From Candidatus Heimdallarchaeota archaeon (GTDB lineage: Archaea; Asgardarchaeota; Heimdallarchaeia; Heimdallarchaeales; Kariarchaeaceae): a DNA stretch of 64,000 nt. Location of the stretch: contig WAKA01000193.1 in NCBI GenBank assembly GCA_015523565.1, positions 1,153-65,152 of the forward strand, read 5' to 3'. Position numbers and translations under genes: made by a program. Shown here piece by piece: positions 59,092 through 64,000 of this stretch; positions within the stretch are counted from its first letter, which is position 1, and each line of letters begins with the position of its first letter. The notes beneath the pieces were generated by a model. It was not told the origin of the DNA, searched no databases, and worked only from the letters and a program-made list of their open reading frames with translations.

Positions 59092-60114
59092 GTGATACAA
59101 ATGTTTGAGATAATAGAAAACATCAGAAATGACTTGGAAAATTCACCTGAAATCGTCAAAGACAAAAATAGAAATGACATGAAGCTTGCGGAGGCTATAA
59201 TAAAAGATTCAATGACGTATCCGCCAAGATTGCTTCCTGATGTGGATGAAATGACAATATTGAATAGACTTAGGCAATCAAAGCTTGCAAAGCCAGTTTA
59301 CAGAAGATATTGGATCAATCTTTCAGAGAACCTATGTGAAAGAATCCTTGGATTGAATGACGATTTGATGTGGATACGGGAAAACAAAAAGAAATTGCTG
59401 GATCTTGGAAAAACGGACTTGACTGCAAAAATATTCTGGTTGGTGCTATTGAAGATCATTGAGTCCAATGAAGAACAACTTCCATGGGATGAAACATTGG
59501 TACATTCATTGCAATTGTTGAGTCCAAGATTTAGGGCGAGACATTTCAGGCAGATTGTCAAGGAAAGCGAGATGATACTTTATGGGGCAAATATAACCGC
59601 AAAACGAACAACGGAGGATGCTGCATCATTACTTCAGTATCTCGAAACCCTGATCAATACCGACATTTCCTCACAGGAAGAGTTAGAAGATCTCAAGTCA
59701 GGATTGTCAAGGATGCACGAGACACTGACATCCATTTTCCAGTCCTTCATCGAAGAGCTTGACCTTGTGAAAAACCTGTCGGTCAGAAACTTCATCTCGA
59801 CAATGAACACAGAAAATTCAGGATTTTTATTGGATATGGTCTTCCGAGCCCTTTCCTCACCAGAACAGGGCTTGGAAACGGAATTTGTCCAGCTTTTTGG
59901 ACAATTCCTCAGAATGAATGAAATAAACCCCATCTTTCCTCTTGGAAGGATGCAGATGGAAAAGTCTCAATTGCCAATGATTGACTACATAGGAAGTCCA
60001 TTCGATGGCGATGATGAGAAAAAACTAGTGGAAATTTCCGCTCCGGGGTGGAGGTATAAGGATCATATTATCTCCAAAGCCCGGGCAGTGGAGGTAATAG
60101 AAAATGAGCAATAA
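59092..60114 (+). CDS. hypothetical alpha-helical protein with GrpE-like C-terminal segment
   Basis: 340 aa. The last 50 aa, IGSPFDGDDEKKLVEISAPGWRYKDHIISKARAVEV, resemble the GrpE beta-domain (G..FDP..H.A...GY...R.lR.A.V.V). The gene abuts the MBL gene and overlaps the Hsp70-like gene by 11 nt. Confidence 0.5.
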   Translation: MIQMFEIIENIRNDLENSPEIVKDKNRNDMKLAEAIIKDSMTYPPRLLPDVDEMTILNRLRQSKLAKPVYRRYWINLSENLCERILGLNDDLMWIRENKKKLLDLGKTDLTAKIFWLVLLKIIESNEEQLPWDETLVHSLQLLSPRFRARHFRQIVKESEMILYGANITAKRTTEDAASLLQYLETLINTDISSQEELEDLKSGLSRMHETLTSIFQSFIEELDLVKNLSVRNFISTMNTENSGFLLDMVFRALSSPEQGLETEFVQLFGQFLRMNEINPIFPLGRMQMEKSQLPMIDYIGSPFDGDDEKKLVEISAPGWRYKDHIISKARAVEVIENEQ

Positions 60115-62800
60115 GATATTTTATGGAATAGATCTGGGTACAACCAATTCATCGATCTCATTCGCTGTTGAGGATGAGAGCAAAGGGAAAATCAACGTCA
60201 ACACAATACCCCTGAAACTGTTGGATGTTGATGGTTCATTGAAGACTACTGACCTCTTGCCTTCCTTTTTTTACAAGGACGGCAATGTAGAGTACGTCGG
60301 CGAATATGCAAAAGGGAAAAGGCAAACCTCCCCAAACAATGTCATACAATCCGTGAAGATTGACATGGGAAGTGAAAAGAAGTATTTCATTGCAGGAGAA
60401 GAATTCACCCCTGTCGAAATCTCTGCGAAATTCCTGTCTGAGCTGAAAAGACAGGCTAAAACATCCACAAGGCTCGAAGTCAAGGAGGCAATCATCGCCG
60501 TTCCCGCAAACTTTGACCACCAAATGAGGCGGGCAACATTGGAAGCCGCAAAAAGGGCAGGATTTGAGGTGTTGGAAAGTGACGGTACTTTCAAGCAGGA
60601 TGTCCTCATTGATGAACCACATGCCGTCCTCTATGATTTGCTTCATAGGCAACAAAGCGGGGAGTTCCCAAAACCGCTGATCCCTGAAGACAGGGAATCC
60701 GTGGTGCTTGTCTATGACTTCGGAGGAGGGACACTCGATGTCAGCATGTACACCGTAAGTGTACGTAAGGACAAACTCCTTGATGTCAAGCCCATTGCAA
60801 TCGGCAGATATACTGAAATCGGCGGAGACAGTTTTGATATCCGCGTACGTGACTGGATAAAGGAGGAATTCCTCAAGGAGAACCCAAACATAAAATGGGA
60901 GAACCTGAGTGATTACAAGAAAGTGGAATTCCTCACTCGTGCATTGATTGCCGCAGAACAGGCAAAATATGAGCTTGTTCGATTGGAACAGGGAGTCAAT
61001 CTGTCAGGATCCGCATGGGGGGCAATCATTGGGTCGACTGAACCCACTGCAATGCTTTCAACAGGTTTCCTTGTCGGAAACAAGACATTCTCAAGAAACA
61101 TCACCAAAGAAGATTACAAGGAAATTGTCAAGAATCTGCTTGGTTTGGACTTCGACTATAATGACCACGAATCACTTGGCATATTCCGAAGCAAAGAGGA
61201 GAAAAACAACATCGTGTTTCCTGTCCTTGATGTTTTGAACAAGGCTTCAAAGAAATTGGGGGAGGTGCCACCAATAGACTTAGTTCTGTGCTCCGGTGGA
61301 ATGACAAACTTCTCAATAATCAGGGAAAGGATCAAGGAATTGTTGAATATTGAACCTTTTCAAATCTCAGATCCAGAAAAGGCAGTGTCAAGGGGGGCGG
61401 CAATTTATGGGGTCTATAGGTCAAAAGGAATAATGAACGTCACCACACTTGCGGAGACGCTATCATTAGAAATCGAGGGAGGCTTTACCACAATCCTTGC
61501 AGAGGCGGGGATAGCATTGCCATACAAGCACGAAGTTGAAGAGTTTTTTGTCATCCCAAAATCAGGTACGCAACAGATTGCACTTCCAATCTATAAGGGG
61601 GAGGAAGAAAGGGCAAGTGAAAACATAAAACTGAAATCATTCATATTTGACCTTGACAAACCGTATCCAAAAGGAACAAGGATTTCAATCGAGGTTGACG
61701 TAGACAGGAACAAAATCGTCACACTGCGGGCATGGATAACAGAAAATCCAAACGTGAAATTTGAAGGCGTGATCAAGCCAGAGGATAGCAAGGATATAGG
61801 CTTACAGAAACAGCAAAGCAAAGAGAAACAACCTGTCAAGAATGAGGAAGGGATACAAATAAAATACCCGCCAATAGATGTTGAGGCTGTGCTGAACAAA
61901 TACTTGGCAATTACGGACAGAAACACGGAGGCTGGATTGAGGGAATTGGAAACAAAACTGGCAAACGCACCCAACGGAAAGGATGCAATTCCTAAACTCT
62001 GGAAAAAATACAACAGCAATAATGTCACCAATGCAGGTCTGAAAAGGATTCCCATGCTAATGTCCAAGATATACAAAAAGCATCCCAATGAACCGTTCAA
62101 AAAGGAGTTTTCAGAAAAAATCTGCAAGATCTTGAACTCTGACATGCTCCTTTTGTCACAACGCATGCAAGACGAACTGTTCGGTGCCATATGGGCAGTC
62201 GCGGAACTGGAAATAAGAAAAGCATTGCCTGCATTAAGAAGACTGATTAGGCAAAAAATGATCCGAAACCTGCAAGATGCAGTTATAACCCTAGGGAAAG
62301 TGGGTTATACAATCGAGGATCTTGACTTGACCAAAGAAATATTCAATGAGGCTTTCCAAAAACGGAAAAAGGGGTTAATGATCAGCTCGGCATGGAGCAT
62401 TGGAAAATTGGCATCTCGTGAACTCAAACCGCCAATCCCACGATCAGAATTTTATGGAATAATTGATAAGCTTGCAAATCAGGCAATGTTTTACTCAAAA
62501 AATGGAAGATTCAACAACAGCATGCTTCGAAATGTCATCTTCGCTTTTGGAGAAATGGCGGATTCCAGAAATTCCAATGAATTCCATCCCACCCAAAAAA
62601 GGAAAATAATCGGGCATCTGGCAGATCTCCAAAGTTCACTATCGATTACCGTGCGAAATGCAACAGAAATCAGGCAAAAAGAGATAGGGTATCTCCTTGG
62701 ATTGATGGATACTGTCAGGAAAATGATAAGGGGAGAACAATTAACCGAAGATGAGGAACGCACATTGCTTGCAATAAGATCAAACATTGACTTATCATAG
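60104..62800 (+). CDS. atypical Hsp70-family ATPase: NBD plus SBD-beta plus C-terminal HEAT-like repeats
   Basis: GIDLGTTNSSI, IIAVPANFD, LIDEPHAVL, VYDFGGGTLDVS, IGGDSFD, CSGGMTNF and EKAVSRGAAIYG together make a full actin-like NBD. The stretch TLSLEIEGGFTTIL...LPIYKGEE...ISIEVDVDRNKIVTL corresponds to SBD-beta. The last 330 aa carry repeats such as AIWAVAELE..ALPALRRLI, AVITLGKVG, SAWSIGKLAS and VIFAFGEMAD. GGAGGT lies 8 nt upstream. Confidence 0.8.
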   Translation: MSNKIFYGIDLGTTNSSISFAVEDESKGKINVNTIPLKLLDVDGSLKTTDLLPSFFYKDGNVEYVGEYAKGKRQTSPNNVIQSVKIDMGSEKKYFIAGEEFTPVEISAKFLSELKRQAKTSTRLEVKEAIIAVPANFDHQMRRATLEAAKRAGFEVLESDGTFKQDVLIDEPHAVLYDLLHRQQSGEFPKPLIPEDRESVVLVYDFGGGTLDVSMYTVSVRKDKLLDVKPIAIGRYTEIGGDSFDIRVRDWIKEEFLKENPNIKWENLSDYKKVEFLTRALIAAEQAKYELVRLEQGVNLSGSAWGAIIGSTEPTAMLSTGFLVGNKTFSRNITKEDYKEIVKNLLGLDFDYNDHESLGIFRSKEEKNNIVFPVLDVLNKASKKLGEVPPIDLVLCSGGMTNFSIIRERIKELLNIEPFQISDPEKAVSRGAAIYGVYRSKGIMNVTTLAETLSLEIEGGFTTILAEAGIALPYKHEVEEFFVIPKSGTQQIALPIYKGEEERASENIKLKSFIFDLDKPYPKGTRISIEVDVDRNKIVTLRAWITENPNVKFEGVIKPEDSKDIGLQKQQSKEKQPVKNEEGIQIKYPPIDVEAVLNKYLAITDRNTEAGLRELETKLANAPNGKDAIPKLWKKYNSNNVTNAGLKRIPMLMSKIYKKHPNEPFKKEFSEKICKILNSDMLLLSQRMQDELFGAIWAVAELEIRKALPALRRLIRQKMIRNLQDAVITLGKVGYTIEDLDLTKEIFNEAFQKRKKGLMISSAWSIGKLASRELKPPIPRSEFYGIIDKLANQAMFYSKNGRFNNSMLRNVIFAFGEMADSRNSNEFHPTQKRKIIGHLADLQSSLSITVRNATEIRQKEIGYLLGLMDTVRKMIRGEQLTEDEERTLLAIRSNIDLS

Positions 62801-62904
62801 ATTGAAGATTATTGCCTAAATGCAGAACCACGAAAATTTGAAGATAATTGTCTAAATGCTGAACCATAAAAATTTGAGAAAAATAGACCAAATTTGAACC
62901 AAAA
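62801..62904. repeat. three imperfect tandem copies of a 35-36-bp unit
   Basis: ATTGAAGATTATTGCCTAAATGCAGAACCACGAAA, then ATTTGAAGATAATTGTCTAAATGCTGAACCATAAAA, then a degenerate third copy. The array starts directly after the Hsp70-like stop codon. Confidence 0.8.
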
Positions 62905-62953
62905 GAAGAAAGGATCTAACTCAAGAGGTGTTGGAATTCTTTTTAAAGTGAAA

Positions 62954-63082
62954 TTATTTTGTTGTCTGGCAGGCACCACCGCCCCAAGGCCAGGGACAGT
63001 AATCAGCAGAGACTGCTGCAATGGTCATGGATACAACAAATGGGATCAAGGCGATCATCAGTTTCTTCATCATTATTTTCAT
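62954..63082 (-). CDS. small secreted Cys-loop peptide precursor (42 aa)
   Basis: MKIMMKKLMIALIPFVVSMTIAAVSA followed by DYCPWPWGGGACQTTK. AGGAGG lies at 63089-63094 with a 6-nt spacer to the ATG. This is the only part of ORF 62954-63418 with gene-like features. Confidence 0.5.
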   Translation of the reverse strand: MKIMMKKLMIALIPFVVSMTIAAVSADYCPWPWGGGACQTTK

Positions 63083-63335
63083 TTTTTTCCTCCTGAAGCT
63101 TTTGCTTCTATACTTCCTCTCGCCTTGGAAAATAAAAAAGAAAACTGAAAACCTGCTTCTGGGAAAAATTTGGGAAAAACACAATCTTGGTTTGATATTG
63201 AATCCCTCAAATCTATGCTGAATGGGAATGATTTGAAATAGGGAAAAAAGATTTGTTTCATTGGATAATCTGCAAGAAATGATACCAAGCCTTTTAGAAC
63301 CCATGGCAGTTAGAATCCGAACTCCTTGAAATTTT

Positions 63336-63424
63336 AGTTTCCCAGTAGCTATCATCAAGTTTCCCAACATCCATCCTCTAGTTTCCAAACATCCATCATC
63401 TAATTTTCCAGTAGCCAATCAGTA
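63336..63424. repeat. four imperfect tandem copies of a 22-23-bp unit
   Basis: AGTTTCCCAGTAGCTATCATCA, AGTTTCCCAACATCCATCCTCTA, GTTTCCAAACATCCATCATCTA and ATTTTCCAGTAGCCAATCAGTA. The array spans the last codons and the 3' flank of the ProRS-like gene. Confidence 0.75.
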
Positions 63425-64000
63425 AATTCCTCTAAGGAAAGCACCATTTTCTCCTCTCCCCGTCTTTTCACCTCTATCTTGTCGCCCAGCCTCTTGGAAA
63501 TTACAATCCTGTTTGGGATACCCCGAAGGTCTGCCTCTGAAAACTTGACACCAGGCTTTGCTTTCCTGCCATCGATAAGATATGTGCCTGAATCCAGAAG
63601 TTTAGTGATTTTTGAAACCAGTACCTCATTCGGATCCAACACAAGGACGATGTATTTCCAAGGGGCGACGGCAGGTGGAAAGATTACACCATATTGGTCA
63701 TGGTTTTGGTCTGCAACACACCTCACTATTGACATCATATCAATGGTGATTTCAGTCACCTTAAGGAATTCCTTTTTCCCTTTTTCATTCATGAAGGGGA
63801 CGTCCGTCAAGTGCTGTGAAATACTTCCAATGACATTTCCTGTTTTCAGGGAAAGAAAACCCCCACATTTGCAGGGATAACCATCCTTTGCCAATGCAAC
63901 ATCAAGAATCATGTCTGCCTTGTAATCCCTTCCGTAATTGGTGTTCACCAAATGAAAACCCTCCCTGTTTGCACCTGCAACTAAATTGCTGCTTTTCTCA
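63400..64000 (-). CDS. bacterial-type prolyl-tRNA synthetase-like protein, C-terminal part (partial; 5' end beyond window)
   Basis: The frame is open to position 64000 (...GANREGFHLVNTNYGRDY...). The anticodon-binding-domain end is GRKAKPGVKFSEADLRGIPNRIVISKRLGDKIEVKRR. The layout resembles bacterial ProRS, but the motif 3 region is atypical. Confidence 0.55.
   Translation of the reverse strand, partial: EKSSNLVAGANREGFHLVNTNYGRDYKADMILDVALAKDGYPCKCGGFLSLKTGNVIGSISQHLTDVPFMNEKGKKEFLKVTEITIDMMSIVRCVADQNHDQYGVIFPPAVAPWKYIVLVLDPNEVLVSKITKLLDSGTYLIDGRKAKPGVKFSEADLRGIPNRIVISKRLGDKIEVKRRGEEKMVLSLEEFTDWLLEN

Noticed and set aside
62954-63418. 154-aa ORF on the minus strand
   Set aside because: The upstream 112 codons run through tandem repeats and AT-rich intergenic sequence and overlap the ProRS-like gene end. 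Only the last 42 codons have an SD site and a signal-peptide-like product.
1-64000. Mobile elements, prophage, tRNA/rRNA genes, classical defence islands
   Set aside because: No transposase, integrase, terminal inverted repeats, cloverleaf-like sequences or recognisable defence gene sets were seen. The duplicated cassettes lack flanking IS-like features.

Overview
AT-rich, gene-dense chromosomal segment with about 60 genes on both strands. I saw no rRNA, tRNA, CRISPR array, transposase or integrase. Several signals point to an archaeon, probably Asgard/Loki-like. TATA-like boxes lie about 25-30 nt upstream of many first-gene start codons, a leaderless pattern, while GGAGG-type SD sites and ATGA/TTGA overlaps occur inside operons. 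There is also a Rab/Ras-like small GTPase without a prenylation motif, several Roadblock/LC7-like domains and a BspA/DUF285-type surface protein. This taxonomic call is an inference. Main blocks, in order: (1) 0.6-10.4 kb, minus strand: MFS transporter, polytopic membrane protein with a Roadblock-like tail, GT4 glycosyltransferase, DUF885 protein, and a PadR operon with two DUF1700-type membrane proteins. (2) 10.6-25 kb: hypC-hycI, then an 11-gene [NiFe] hydrogenase operon in complex I gene order (nuoA-B-C-D-H-I-J1-J2-K-L-M/N homologues, Ni-Fe cysteine ligands intact), then hypD-hypA, with hypE and hypF on the opposite strand. (3) 25.2-31.6 kb: complete trpEGDCFBA operon. (4) 31.7-37.8 kb: small-GTPase neighbourhood with Roadblock/longin-like proteins, a receptor-like membrane protein and secreted proteins. 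(5) 39.2-43 kb: divergent subtilase-like gene plus two tandem paralogous C-terminally anchored surface proteins; a decayed second copy of this cassette lies at 49.6-51.9 kb. (6) Housekeeping and accessory enzymes: adenine deaminase, EEP phosphodiesterase, FAD oxidoreductase, MFS transporter, alpha/beta hydrolase, DDAH-like enzyme. (7) 53.7-56.3 kb: BspA-like/FN3 surface protein preceded by a 6 x 24-bp tandem array. (8) 57.9-62.8 kb: operon of an MBL-fold protein, a protein with a GrpE-like tail and an atypical Hsp70 whose lid is replaced by HEAT-like repeats. (9) A 42-codon secreted Cys-loop peptide gene and a partial bacterial-type ProRS-like gene at the window end. All functional calls rest on motifs I recognised in the translations; no database search was run.
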